The translations under genes were made by a program, and so were the position numbers. Shown here piece by piece: positions 1-13,283 of a stretch of 64,000 nt of DNA. Location: positions 14,818,001 to 14,882,000 of the forward strand of contig OX597815.1 in assembly GCA_951406725.2 (NCBI GenBank), read 5' to 3'. Source of the DNA: Octopus vulgaris (taxonomy: Eukaryota). The notes below the pieces were generated by a model. The model made no database searches. It saw only the letters and a list, made by a program, of their open reading frames with translations, and was not told where the DNA came from. Numbering within the stretch: position 1 is the first letter of the stretch; the number at the start of each line of letters is the position of its first letter.

Positions 1-420
1 TTTTTAAAAATAATTTCCACGTAACTTAAACACTTTTAAACTTCGTATACTGGTAGAATGTGTTTATAAAACATCTTTTCCTCTTGGCTTTATTGAGAAA
101 ATTCTATAGTTTGTAAGATATTTGTTGTTTTTTTTTCTTCAATTTCTGCAATTCCAACCAATCACTGACGTCCATTGAGGTAAAAAGCATTCTGTGTCGC
201 ATGAATATGTCCCTCATTTAAGAAACAGATTGGGTTTATTTACATTTCTGAAGAAAAAAAAAAGATACATTTCCCCCCCATCCTTAACCCTAACCATAAC
301 CCTAACCCTAACCCTAAAACAGATTGAAATGCAATAGATCGATACTAGGGCCATAATTATGGGTGACAATTTCATATGACACCGCTAGAAAAAAAACTTC
401 CGTTCAAACCGAAAAGATCC
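1..420. mobile_element. Non-autonomous TIR element (MITE), right part, with an internal (CCCTAA)n tract
   Basis: Ends ccgttcaaaccgaaaagatcc, which is the reverse complement of the left end ggatcttttc...tttgaacggc seen at 4636 and 31140; the bodies share aaacttcgtatactggtagaatgtg. Confidence 0.75.
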
Positions 421-434
421 CCGAGTTACTTTTC

Positions 435-477
435 GTAGCTGATGAAGTCCCACGATGCTAAAATACATGCATCCTAC
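435..477 (+). ncRNA. Degenerate minimal type I hammerhead ribozyme
   Basis: gtag-CTGATGA-ag..ct-aaaa (GAAA mutated)-tacatgca-TC-ctac; homologous to 44183-44225. Confidence 0.5.
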
Positions 478-759
478 TATCTAATGACGTGACCTACAGC
501 TCAAAACAAAACATGTATTTACTTGCAACTGTAAGTCTCATCACGTCCGATTACAGTCGAATGAGTTAAACATAATTTTATATGAATACACGCACATATA
601 TACATGTGCGTGTGTATGCAAGCGTTTGTGTATACGTTACTGTGAACTCATAGAGAGTGTGAGATAGAAGTTTCACTCTTAAGTATTTGTGCGTATTTGT
701 TTATATTTTTCTGGTGGGGTTTCAGTGAGTATTTATATGTCTCTGTCTAACACTTGAGA

Positions 760-1930
760 CAAAGGGAGGATGCTCATGTAACGGTAACACAACATGTCCA
801 CTGTAACACGGAGACCGTTGTGCAGAGAAAACAGCAATAGGACCAAATGGGCAACCAAACGTACGAAAATACGTGGTAGCAGCTGAAGGCCCCTTCAAAA
901 CCCGTTATAACAACCACAAGTCTTCTTTCAACATCCTGGAGAGACGTAATGCCACAAGCCTGACCAAGCACGTATGGTAATTTAAAGAAAGCATCACCGA
1001 GTACAGCATGAAGTAGAAGATTCTAGAGAAATATCAAACGTACTTCAGTAGCAGCAGGAAGTGCAGAATATGCTTGGCTGAAAAAAGAACGATTTTAAAG
1101 AGTACCCAACACCCAGGCATTTACCTGAATAGCAGAAATGAAATTGTTTAACCTTTGCCCACATGAAAGGAGACACATCTTATCATATCTGCGTGCCCCA
1201 TCATGACTATAATCACCAGTCCCCCAGCTTCGACCCTCCATCAATCCCTGGGAGGCCGGCAAAGAGTTTGACAAAAACATACGCCAATACTCCCACAAAC
1301 AAAAACATGCCTCAGTACGGCGGACACCTACCCAATAGGCTCCCCACCATATAAACTTCCACATATATTGTACTCCTATATACACAGCATGCACACATAA
1401 ATGCCCCACGAATTTAACCAGTACAAGAAAAAAGGAAAGACACTAACGATCATAAATGTGTATCCACCACCACCTCCTACCGCAGTGGCTTTACATTTAG
1501 TACCCCAATACACATTCCATTTCCACAAGAACACCAGCTTGAAAGACACTCACATTTCCCACAAACTTTTTGCAAGAAAACTCTCGCCGACTTGCAACAA
1601 AACCACCCCCAGAGACGATGTTTTGGTACCAAGGGACATAACTCTTAACTCACTCCCTGCTCAATTCGTTTCATCTTTTTCACAGCAAACCACAAACTGG
1701 ATGTGTCTATTCACCTCCAGCAATAAAGAGAAGTCTCCATATTTTATTCCATAACGGCTACCTCTGATGAGCGCAGGGTTACATAATCAAGCTGTTACCT
1801 AACACTCCGTTGAATTCCTAGTGTGAAACCAGTTGGTAAGATCGGCTGTAATGGATATATAATATTCTACATTTCGATTAATATCTATACATGCACAACA
1901 TGCAGCAACACAGAGTATGTCCTAGTGTAT
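760..1930 (+). mobile_element. Penelope-like element 3' fragment (decayed GIY-YIG endonuclease plus 3' pLTR region)
   Basis: Frames read EGPFKTRYNNHKSSFNI (about 884-935) and SRKCRICLAEK (about 1053-1085), typical of the PLE endonuclease C-terminus; followed by a hammerhead. Confidence 0.7.
1749..1854 (+). ncRNA. Type I hammerhead ribozyme with canonical core
   Basis: CTGATGA 1764-1770; stem II gcgc.agg/cct.gtgt; GAAA 1825-1828; stem III CC-agtt-GG; UH=TA 1837-1838; long imperfect stem I ccataacggctacct/agatcggctgtaatgg. Confidence 0.78.
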
Positions 1931-2244
1931 TTTAAAACGTTAAAGGGAATGTTTTTGGTCTTATGTCAATGTAGTTTGACTAAACAGCAACGTGAACAGT
2001 ATGACCACCACCACAATGCCCCAACCATCACCAACACCCAAACCAATATATCCAACACAACTACCACTACTATCAACACACCAATGTCTTAATAATCAGT
2101 TGGTAACAATAGGGTAATGATTCAAACCTTAACCGCTACATACTCCGTTAGGCGTCACGAGTGGGTTACCACAGTTTCACGTCATTGATCCATAAATCGA
2201 CCATGAGTGTGAAACGGACGTGTAATACAGCTTCTCAGAGTTTC

Positions 2245-2649
2245 GTATGTATGTATGTATGTATGTATGTATGTATGTATGTATGTATGTATGTATGTAT
2301 GTATGTATGCATGTGTGTATGTATAGATGTGTGCGTATGTGTGTGTGTGTATGCATGTATGTATGTATGTACGTATGTATGTATGTATGTGTGTGTATGT
2401 GTGTATGTATGTATGTATGTAAGTATGTATGTATGTGTGTGTATGTATGTATGTATGCATGTGTGTATGTATGTATATATGTATGTGCGTATGTATGTAT
2501 GTGCGCACGCATGCATGCGTGTATGTATGTGTGTGTGTATGTGTGTGTGTATGAATATATGGATGGATGTTTGGAAGTATACAACTTAGTGTATACGTAT
2601 GACTTGTGGGCGTAATACACACACCCGCATACATAGAAAGAATTATAAG

Positions 2650-2707
<58 letters not shown>

Positions 2708-2750
2708 CACTTACACATGCACATGCATACACACACGTGTGTGTGTGTGT
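2245..2750. repeat. (TATG)n/(TG)n/(CA)n compound microsatellite
   Basis: Directly visible. Confidence 0.95.
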
Positions 2751-3017
2751 GCCCTTTCTATTTCTTAACGAGACGATGCATTTAATGGATGGAGCTACTA
2801 AGATATCCATCTTAGTAGCATAATAAAACTCAATGGTCTACACATCATAGCTATAGAAACAGAGCAGCAACAAGAACAAGAACAACAATAACCATAACAT
2901 GGACAACAATAACAATGAAGCCATACCACAACAACTGGAACAACAACAGCAACAACAACAGTTGACGTGAATTTAAAGTGTTTCCATCTTTAATCAGTTT
3001 GTGTAGGCGCATTTCCT

Positions 3018-3504
3018 GTATGTATGTATGTATGTATGTATGTATGCATGTATGTATGTATTTATTTATGTATGTATGTATGTATGTATGTATGTATGTA
3101 TGTATGTATGTATGTATGTATGTATGTATGTATGTATGTATGTATGTATGTATGTATGTATTTATTTATGTATGTATGTATGTATGTATGTATGTATGTA
3201 TGTATGTATGTATGTATGTATGTATGTATGTATGTATGTATGTATGTATGTATGTATATATGTATGTATGTATGTATGTATGTGTGTATGTATGTGTGTA
3301 TGTGTGTATGTATGTATGTATGTGTCTATGTATGTATGTATGTGTGTGTGTATGTGTGTGTGTATGTGTGTATGTATGTATGTGTGTATGTATGTATGTG
3401 TGTGTGTATGTGTGTGTATGTATGTATGTGTGTATGTATGTATGGATGGATGGATGTATGTATGTATGTATGTATGTATGTATGTATGTGTGTGTGTATG
3501 TATG

Positions 3505-3537
<33 letters not shown>

Positions 3538-3836
3538 GTGTGTGTATGTGTGTATGTATGTATGCATGTATGTATGTATGTATGTATGTGTGTGTGTATG
3601 TATGTGTGTGTGTATGTGTGTATGTCTGTATGTATGTGTGTATGTATGTATGTATGTATGTATGTATGTATGTGTGTGTATGTATGTGTGTGTGTATGTG
3701 TGTATGTATGTATGTATGTGCGTATGTATGTATGTATGTATGTATGTATGCGTGCGTGTATGTATGTATATATGTATGTATGTATGTATGTATGTGTCTA
3801 TGTATGTATGTATGTATGTGTGTGTGTATGTATGTA

Positions 3837-3869
<33 letters not shown>

Positions 3870-4110
3870 ATGTGTGTATGTATGTATGTATGTATGTATG
3901 TGCGTATGTGTGTATGCATGTATGTATGTATGTATGTATGCATGTATGTATGTATGTATGTATGTATGTGTGTATGTATGTTTGTATGTATGTATGTATG
4001 TATGTATGTATGTATGTATGTATGTATGTATGTGTGTGTGTGTGTGTATGTGTGTATGTATGTATTATGTATGTATGTATGTATGTATGTATGTATGTAT
4101 GTATATGCGT
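3018..4110. repeat. About 1.1 kb (TATG)n microsatellite
   Basis: Directly visible; source of the MYVC ORFs. Confidence 0.97.
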
Positions 4111-4433
4111 ATGTACGACATTATTAAGTGTAAATTAGTAGAGGTGAAACAAGCAATATTGTTTATCTGTTTCCAGTTTACTGTTTGTGTGGGTCAGTAT
4201 ATATGATTGATGAATAGTCAATTGTCGCGCGAGGTCGTAGCTGATTATATTTTGAGATATCAAAAAATATAAGAGCACCCCTCCTACACACTGGAATATA
4301 AGGACGAAATAATATTGAGTCAGAAAAAAAGTGCTTTAAACACTCACATACACACGCACTCACAGAGTTAGCGGACATTTGGTGGGAAATTGGGACTCGT
4401 TTTTCTGTTTCCGGTTTCCTATTTGTGTGGGTC

Positions 4434-4472
<39 letters not shown>

Positions 4473-4635
4473 ATGTAGAGTTGACTGGCGCGCGAGGTTG
4501 CAATGATCATATTCTGGGAAATGAAACAATAGAGGAGCACTCCTACACGGTACAAGAGAGAGACGAAATAGAATTGAGATTCGTACGTTCCGTAGGAAGA
4601 CTTTGTGTATTCAACAGTGATTGAGTACAATTATC

Positions 4636-5040
4636 GGATCTTTTCCTTTTGAAGGCCAGATTTCAACACAATTTCTAGTTAGCTAAACACTTTAAAACTT
4701 CGTATACTGGTAGAATGTGTCAAAAGAAAACATTATTTTCACTTGGCTTTCTTGATAAAATTGTAATTCCTTTGTTTAACGTAGTTTAATTTTTCGAATT
4801 TTAACCAATCCTAAGCTCTCTTTTGAGCTAAAATCATTTGCTGCGTCTAAAACTGAGACAACATCCTGTAACTAACCATCCCCCTCCCCCTAACCCTAAC
4901 CCTAATTTTTTTTTCTTAATTGTTAAATTAATTTAATTGTTACGCGTGTAAAAAAAACTAAAGCAATGGAAAATAATTTAAACAATTAACATACAAAATA
5001 ATTCTATAATTTTTATACACATGCTTTCCGTACGTATACC
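4636..5040. mobile_element. MITE related to 1-420, with (CCCTAA)3
   Basis: Left TIR ggatcttttccttttgaagg; shared body; ccctaaccctaaccctaa at about 4888-4905. Confidence 0.65.
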
Positions 5041-6738
5041 GAGTTTCTATCTCCCGATGGAATCGTTCGCTTTGTTCCTCGCTAACATCTCCGAGATTTT
5101 CAGGAAAACGATCAAGATGACTAAAAAGATAATGCATTTTGATGCTTATATCCACACCAGTATCACGAAAAGTTGATATCAAGTTGGTAACAAGGTCTTT
5201 ATGGTTTTCACTTTTGTGTTTCCCAAGGAAATATTGCACTACTTCTGCAAAGGCTAGCCAAGCTGATGCTTCATTTTCGCTCATCGTTTCCACGAACCTT
5301 GTGCCCTTCAAGAGTTTACGGATCTGTGGTCCATCAAAAAATCCCTGCTTTAAGTTTTTCAATCGTCAAATCTGTAAGTACACTGCAGATATACTTGAAG
5401 CACTCCCCATTTTTGTCAAGAGCTTTGACGAATTGTTTGATCAATCCGTGTTTGATGTGCAGAGGTGGGGAAATGATCTTATCTCGCTCCACTAAAGGAT
5501 CTTCCAATATATTGACAGCTCTATTTGTTCGAGGCGGCCAGTTTTTCTTAATATAGTGGTTTACTCAGTCTCTGCTGCCCTACGTGCAAAGAAAGCATGG
5601 GTATTTAGTATAACCAGATTGCTGTCCCATGAAAACATTCACCATCTTTAAGTCAACGCAGATGACCCATTTATGATCATGAAATAATTTCTTCTCTAAA
5701 ACCAACTTAATTTCTTCATATTTTCCCTTCAGAGTTGTTGAGTGGCCGAGTGAGACAGAGCCATACACATTTCCGTTGAACAACAATTTTAAACTACGCT
5801 TTGAGCTCTCTATGAAAAGAAGCCATTCCTCTGGTTTGTATTCCTCTCTGCCAAGTTTAATAAGAAGCCCACTGACATCTCTGCAGAAAGAAAGGAACTC
5901 TTCATGCCGACTCCAATAAAAGGTTATATGGATACCATTCTCTAGAAGATTCTTCCCTTTCAGTCGGGAAGTCGGCAGTTCTGCAGAATTTCTTGGGAGG
6001 TTCAAGTCACGAACTAAATCATTCAGCTCTACCTGAGAGAGTAGATGAGGTAAAGTCTCGACTGAAAAGTTTCGATCTCTAGTGTCTTCTTCAGGTGATG
6101 AATCTTCTTTGGCTGAGATTAAAGTTATCTGAGGCAGGATATTGAAGATAGGAAGCTCTTCACTGTGTGGAATCGGTCTAATAGCAGAGGCAAGATTAGG
6201 ATAGACAAGCGGTTGTCGATTTTTCCGGTTAATACCCTTTAAATTCAGGTTACAAAAATAGCAGTCGTCCACGTGATTATAGGTCTCCCGCCATACCATT
6301 GGTATAACAAACCTCATACGTTTCCTAGTCCCTTTAGTCCATTGTCGCAAACATTCTGTACATAGTTTGCAGCCTAGTATTTATCTTGGTCTCCCAGCTT
6401 GATCCCCAAATATGCCATATACGCTCTTTTCTCCATAAACATAACAAAACACATTTGGAAAATTAACGCAACATTTTCTTGAAGAGGACGTATTGCTCAT
6501 TTTCTGTTGCTTAGTTCACTGCAACATCTAAAAAGTATGGAAAAAGAAAAAAAAACTTAGAATTAGAATAAGGTAACGAACACGGCGTACTGGACATACA
6601 CACATACATAGTGAATGTAGGAGTGTTCAATAACTTTAAGACTAGATAGATCAAAAAGAAGGTTATATTTGGATTCAGGTGACCGATTTTGTTTAGGAAT
6701 GATGTCTTCCTAAACACTAAAAACCTAGTAGACCAGTG
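5040..6738 (-). mobile_element. Decayed Chapaev3-like (CMC) DNA transposon, 3'-truncated
   Basis: ORFs 5580..6350 (PMVWRE..NHVDDCYFC, ELNDLVRDL, WVICVDLKMV, GYTKYPCFLC) and 4958..5362 (DGPQIRKL, HLDRFPENLGDVSEEQSERFH), with PPLHIKHG between them; terminus TAA|CACTGG at 6738. Superfamily assigned from recalled motifs and the CAC terminus. Confidence 0.72.
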
Positions 6739-6869
6739 TTATTCATGGTAGCTATATTCTACGCCAAATTCGGGGTGTTCGGATAATTTAACAGTGCCTG
6801 TTGTGGTACCTATGTGTTGAGGGCAAAACTCATCAAGCCCTTAAAAAAAAAGACACCCCGTATACTCGT

Positions 6870-6920
<51 letters not shown>

Positions 6921-7050
6921 TTTAGTGAAATTTAGATTCAGATGAATATGGTACTTAAGTTGAAGGCACCAGAATTTAGTATGGTATTATCCATATAATT
7001 TAAAATAAGGTGATTATAATCAAAATAAGCAACAAGGATATCCAGAGGTA

Positions 7051-7139
7051 ATGCAGTACGATCGTTTCATGCGACTCCATTTAATTGAACAATGCAAACA
7101 TTACATCAATTTAAAACGTAGAGCAATCTTCAGTTGCAT
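7051..7139 (-). ncRNA. Type I hammerhead ribozyme in a PLE-like fragment (about 6920-7420)
   Basis: Reverse complement reads atgcaa-CTGAAGA-ttgc...gcat-GAAA-cgatcg-TA-ctgcat; palindromic stem III. Confidence 0.72.
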
Positions 7140-7419
7140 AAAAATATAGAATTTAGTTAAATTCGAAGGATTCGTTTGTATAATTTTCTTTTTATCCAAA
7201 ATCACAAAGAGGATAAGTAGATAGACAAAGAACATGTTTTATCAACAACATCACAGTTGTAACTGAGATTTTTCAAAAAAAGACACTGCTTATCACTGAT
7301 TATTTCTGTTATTTAGATTTACTAATGTGGGGCGGGGTCAGTTTTAATTTATAGGCTAGTTTATCAAATCTAAGAAAAGACAGAGTGTAATATCCTTTAT
7401 GCCCTATCCATAAAGGATA

Positions 7420-10400
7420 TTACGCTCCGACCGAAGCAGCAGAGACTACGCAAGCTGCAGAGGAAATAATAGCAACAACAAAAACAACAGCAGAAGCCAC
7501 AACACTTGAAATAATAGAACCGTCACCCATGGGAGAAGTACTCACCTCACCAACAATATTTGGCCCGGAATTATCAACCACCAATAGCACGTCAGAAACA
7601 ACAGCAGCTCCAGAAGGTAAAAGCAACTCCACCAATAACCAAACCAAATGATTTGCCCCTCCCCGAGTCTGACTCGGACATCTACATATATAAAAAGAAT
7701 GACGGGTGGAGGGAGGTCCCTAAAAGAGAAAAAATGAAAAACTGATACTCTCCGGCACCTTCACACAACACTGACAAGCACACACACACACACACACACA
7801 CACAAACCAATCGCAACGCCCACATTACCAACACCACCAATTCCAGTGCCAGCACTACACACACAACAAGAAAAACCACCATCAAAAACCACACTAAACC
7901 TCACGTCAACAAATACTGACATAACACACCTCATAGATTACATGCATGAACACACAGACACCTCTCCAAACAATACATACAAATACTTTCCATTTCAAAT
8001 CACAACTTCATCGACTTAAAAAACAATTTTTCCAACACAATGAACAAAATACAAAAGACTATAACGAAAACAATGTGCAAAAACTTGATCGAGGAAACAC
8101 CTACAGCCAGCCAGAGGAGTGTGAAAACCATTGATCCTCCCCCAGCCCAGAAAGAGTAAGTACTCCACTGTTTCCTGTCTTTACCCACCATGGTCATGCT
8201 CAAGTTAGGCAGTTTAAACGCAGGGGCCCTGGGATCGATTTGGAAGCTGGGACACTTTCCCAACGACTTCAGGTCACTGGATTTGGATGTCGTAGCTATT
8301 AGCGAAACCATACCTATCGGCCGCAAGCTTTCGCGCCCCTTTTCGATGATCACGAAATCTACGCGTCCCCATGTCAGCCGAGAGATGGCGGTAGAACTGC
8401 GATTTTGTTCCGGAAAGGTCTGGATCTAGAGATCAGAGCCGTCTTTGTGGACCCAGAAGGCAAGCTGGTCGTCCTCGATGTGAATAGTAGTGAGAGTGAT
8501 GCCTTCAGACAGGTCGCTGTCTGTGCACCGACAATGAGATTATTTCAGACGTCTGGAGGTTTTCCTGGGGACGTCACGTATTTTAGTATTAGTAGGCGAT
8601 TTCAACGGTCCTAGATGCACGTGTGGACTGTGTGGGGTCAAATTGTAGAAGCGAAAATAATGCCTTGCAAACCTGCTCAGACATTTTTTACTGTCTGACA
8701 GGTATTGACTGGATTACTCGAATGTGCCAATGTGGACTCGGGCCAACCGCATCGGATCGTCCAGATCATACTTAAATACAGTTTTCATTTGGAATACAGA
8801 TTAAGATAGTATAAATAATCCCCACTTCCAAATTGTCAGCTATACAGACCACAAATTTGTGATCTGTAAGCTTGACTTAGATAGGTTTCGTAGGCAGGGC
8901 CCCGGCTACTGGAAGTTGACCATGTCAATCATGGCGTGCCAAGCTTACAGTAACCGGATTAGAGAGTTAGTCAAATGGGTTTTGACAAGTACCATTATCA
9001 ACAATGCCCTAAAAAGAGCAATCAAAACAGAATCAGTTTGATTTAGCAAAACTTTAACGTTAGAAAGAAACAAAACACAGGATAAGCTAGTTAGATCTTT
9101 AGAAGAGTCTTTAAGAGTAGGGCATGCAACTGACGTGCTGGCAGCGAGATTAGCCCTCAATGCTAAGCATGAAGGTTGCGTTGTCAGAGCAAAGGTACAT
9201 GCTATGAACAGGAAAGAACCAACGCTGCCAGATGGCCTCGAATGGTAGAGGCCCAACGTGGAAACAAAGCCACCATAGGTCTTTGGTCGACCTAAATGGG
9301 CGCATGGTAGACGAACCCAATCACTGCTCTTCAGTGGCATTTCGCCCAATTGTTCGGAACGAGTGGTGGGCCAGAACGTAAGATGGACTTCTCAGACTTC
9401 CTGATTGGCCTGCTGCGACTCTCAGCAATGGAGGCGGCCTGTTGGTGAAGGACCGATAAGAGCTGCAGAAGTGGAAGATGCCTGCACGGGGCGAAAATTA
9501 TCAGGTTTGGATGGTCTGTCCTACGAATTCTGTTATAGTATGCCAGGCTTGTTCGGAGGCCTTCTGGCAAACATATACGGCAACTGGCAGCAGAATAGCA
9601 GAATTCCTAGTTCTGTGAGCCGAGGGATTGTGGCGCTGTTAAGGAAAGACCCAAACAAGGGGGATGTATATGATAATTTCAGTTTCATCACTTTGCTAAA
9701 TGCAAAAATGCAAATTTGAAAATTTTGGCCAAGGTGTTAGTTAAGAGGTAGGCGCTTATCGTTGATAAACTGGTTGAGGATACGCAGCCTGCGCCAATCC
9801 AAACAGAACCATCAAAGACAACCTCCACCTCATCCGCTACACTATAGATAGGGTGGTGAAGAATCCTAGCATGGGAGGGTCACTGATCCATTTAGATCAA
9901 TTAAAAGCTTTCGATAGGGTGGACTATCGGTATCTGGCGGTTGTTTTTCGGGCGGCTGTTCTCTGGGTGGCCGGTTTTGGTCCAACTTTCTGCAGTTGGG
10001 TCACTGCTTTGTACAGTAACATTCGGTCAGTAGTTCGGGGGAACTGTCATTTATCAAAACCGTTCAATATCACGCACTCAGTCCGCCAAGGATGACCACT
10101 CTCCTCTTTTCTGTACGCTCTAACCCTTGAGCCACTACTGCAGAAGTTGGAGATTTTGAGGGACATCCCGCGTGAAATGGAGTCGGAGGACTGTGTCGGC
10201 ATACGAACGGTGTCACCGACATAGTATCTAGTAACAAGCACCTACAACAAATGGGTGATATCAAAAGATTACGAAGCGGTGACAAGAGCAAAATTAAACT
10301 GTGAAAAGTCAGGCGGTCTGCAACTCGGCACCTGAAGAGGCAGGTTGATGCCGCTTAACAACGTCGTGGGACATTGGACAGACGGACCGGTGAAATTGCT

Positions 10401-10450
10401 CGGGGTCTGGCTCGGTCCGGACCTTCAGGTAGAGAACTGGGACGAGGTTA
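7420..10450 (+). mobile_element. Decayed Tx1/L1-clade LINE (APE endonuclease plus RT)
   Basis: KLGSLNA..LDVVAISET, GPGYWKL, GLDGLSYEF, KAFDRVD, VRQG*PLS; many stops and frameshifts. Confidence 0.85.
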
Positions 10451-10844
10451 CCTAGTATGAAAGATAATAAAGAAAAGTCTATTTATTTCACATAATTTCG
10501 AAATTTTAAGCGCGTTGCGGAGTCTAAAGATACAAATTTTAGAGCTTGAGATTTTAACATTATTGGTTTTAAAGAATTTTGTAAAGGAAAATCAGTTCGT
10601 AACATTGAATGTAAAAAATAAAATGAGGACCGGAAAACATGTTATAAATTGATTCTTCGCTCATTATTCAAAATTTCAAGTGGGCTGCGAAGTCTGAAGA
10701 TGTAAAATTAAGTACTTCAAATTTTAACACAGTTGCTTTTAAAGGATTTCGCAAAGAAAAAAAAAAAATTATATATAATCTTAAAAACATATTTCGAAAA
10801 TCTGTGCAAAAAGTACCTTTTTCGCTCCACCCTATTGTATAGGT

Positions 10845-11550
10845 TGTATCTCGAACCACTACCGTTCACATCGAGGACGACCAGCTTGCTTTCTGGGTCT
10901 ACAAAGACTGCCCTTATCTCTATATCCAGACCTTTCCAGAACAAAACCGCAGTTCCACCGCCTCCTCTCGACTGGCACGGAGACGCATAGACCTCGTATC
11001 TATCGAAGAGGGGCACGAAAGCTTGCGGCCCGGTCAGTCTGGTTTCGCTGATGGCCACGACATCCAATTCTAGTGACCTGAGGTCGTTCAGAAAGCGCCG
11101 CTGTTTCTAAAGCGAAACCAAGCCACGAACATTTAAACTGCCAAACTTGAGCAAGACCATGATGGGTGGTTATAGCATAGAAAAAAAAATCTACTTGCTC
11201 TTTTGGCTGAAGGGTGAGTGGTTTTCTCACACCTGTGGCTGGTTCCACGATCAGATTTTTATAGTTTTATCGCTTTCTGAAAGTTACCCACCGCATTGGA
11301 ATAATTTTCTTTTATGTTAATGGACGTGTTATTTGAAATGCTGAGGATCTGTATGTGTGGTGGTGCTTTGAGTGGTGCACAACGAAAATTATTTGGGGTA
11401 ACGTCGGTGTGTTCTTGTATGTATTTTATTAGTCGTGTATTTTTTGCCTTTATTGTAGTAAGGTTCATTATGCTTTTTGATGGTGGTTTCTGTTTTGTGT
11501 GCAGTGATGGCAGAGGTATTGGTGGTGTTAGTAATGTGCGTGTTGTGGTA
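10845..11550 (-). mobile_element. Second, inverted 5' fragment of the same Tx1/L1 LINE family
   Basis: ORF 10717..11067 DVVAISETRL...GGGTAVLFWKGLDIEIRAVFVDPESKLVVLDV is homologous to 8190-8520. Confidence 0.8.
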
Positions 11551-11865
11551 TTCACGAGACTCTTTGTTCAGAACCAATACGATCGTTTGAATTATAAAGC
11601 ACCCGTACCTTACAGGTACAATTAATTTTCATGCTATATAGGTGCAGATGCATCTCCTCGGGTGACTTTTCAAATGGTATTCGTTTTTTTTAAACATGCT
11701 TTTGGTTTATTTCTATAACAATATATTTTAATTAGTGCAGCATTCCATCCAACTCCAAAATGAACTGAGATAGAACGGAGACACATCTGCACCTACAACG
11801 CATGTAATGTACAGGTGCATGATCAGTCGATTGTAATGGTGCTGAATAGGGAGTTTCGTGTTAAT
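11550..11865. mobile_element. MITE with long imperfect TIRs
   Basis: cacgagactctttgttcagaacca..taggtgcagatgcatctcc versus ggagacacatctgcaccta..tggtgctgaatagggagtttcgtg. Confidence 0.65.
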
Positions 11866-12012
11866 TCCATTTTCTGTCTCTCGTATTTATGTGTGTGTGT
11901 GTGTGTGTGTGTAGTTTTATGCTGTTGAAATCCAAGAGATCCAGTCTATGAAATTATATTATGAGATGTGTATGGACCATAAAAAGTGAGGAAGTACGAG
12001 AAGTGAATATAT

Positions 12013-12430
12013 ATTTTTTTACTATCCACAAGGGTCTAAACACAGAGGGGACAAACAAGGACAGACAAACGGATTAAGTCGATTACATCGACCCCAGTGC
12101 GTAACTGCTACTTAATTTATCGACCCCGAAAGGATGAAAGGCAAAGTCGACCTCGGCGGAATTTGAACTCGGAACGTAACGACAGACGAAATACCTATTT
12201 CTTTATTACCCACAAGGGGCTAAACACAGAGGGAACAAACAAGGACAGACATAGGTATTAAGTCGATTACATCGACCCCAGTTCGTAACTGGTACTTAAT
12301 TTATCGACCCCGAAAGGATGAAAGGCAAAGTCGACCTCGGCGGAATTTGAACTCGGAACGTAACGACAGACGAAATACCGCTAAGCATTTCGCCCCGCGT
12401 GCTAACGTTTCTGCCAGCTCGCCGCCTTCG
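12013..12430 (-). mobile_element. tRNA-derived SINE group A with duplicated 3' part
   Basis: Head ggcggcgagctggcagaaacgttagc; core gcctttcatcctttcggggtcgataaa; 16-bp TSD cgagaagtgaatatat (11997-12012 and 12431-12446). Other copies at about 14185-14415, 24790-25015, 36240-36423, 38360-38900, 46165-46553, 50200-50785, 52775-53212. Confidence 0.9.
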
Positions 12431-12619
12431 CGAGAAGTGAATATATTTAACCCAATGAGTCGAAGCATTGGATGTAACCCTGATGTCCTTGCAATCTGAA
12501 GTTCTAGTCTTCTGTGTCTGCATTGCTTTGTAATTGTACAATTATATTGTGCAATGTGTAGCGAATGAATTGGTGCAGACATGTAAAATAATTGATTATA
12601 TACTGAAATTATTATTACA

Positions 12620-13004
12620 CTAGCAGTATCGCCCGGCGTTGCTCGGGTTAGTAAGGGAAATAACTATAAAGCATTTTTAGAGAGTTATAGCCCAAAAATA
12701 TTTTAAAAAATGGAAAAAAAATGATGGTAAATTTTTTTTTGAGAGTTAAAAGGTCGAGTTGCGTCCCCTAGACAGTCTGTGGTTTGTGTTTCTGATTCTC
12801 GACCCCATGTCAAATTTATCGATTTTTTTCAGAACTGGGGGAACTTTTCAAAATTTTCGCTGCGTTAGTTTTGAATTATGACATTGGGCTATGTGTGTGT
12901 CAAGTTTCATCAGAATCAGTTGAAAGCCGTGGTCAGGGTGAGGGTACAACCTAACAGACACACAGACACACACAGAGACAAACTGCCGTTTATATATAGA
13001 GAGA
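12620..13004 (-). mobile_element. Non-autonomous Helitron-type element
   Basis: Reverse complement begins TC(TC)TATATAT and ends cccgagcaacgccggg hairpin + CTAG; near-identical inverted copy at 31497-31879. Confidence 0.75.
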
Positions 13005-13283
13005 TGATGATGGCTGCGAAACAGACGTAATCTTACGGATCATAAGTGGTTAAAGAAATATACTCATCTCTCATACCTCCTGACATTTTATGCGCTAAAC
13101 TAGCAGCTCTTCGTTTTTTCCTTTTTTAAAAAGAAATTGTAGCACCCCCATCCATTTAAGTAGTTATGTCTAGCGCCCACCTAATTGGTGAATGATGTGT
13201 CACGACCAAACTGACTTAACATGGATGATAATTTATAAATTTCACTATAAAAATAGATTGCTTCAGCTTTTAACTGTGAAATT

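Noticed and set aside
2161-4206. Long MYVC/HTYI ORFs, and equivalents at 27-29, 33-34, 44-45 and 62-64 kb
   Set aside because: Translations of microsatellites that lack stop codons.
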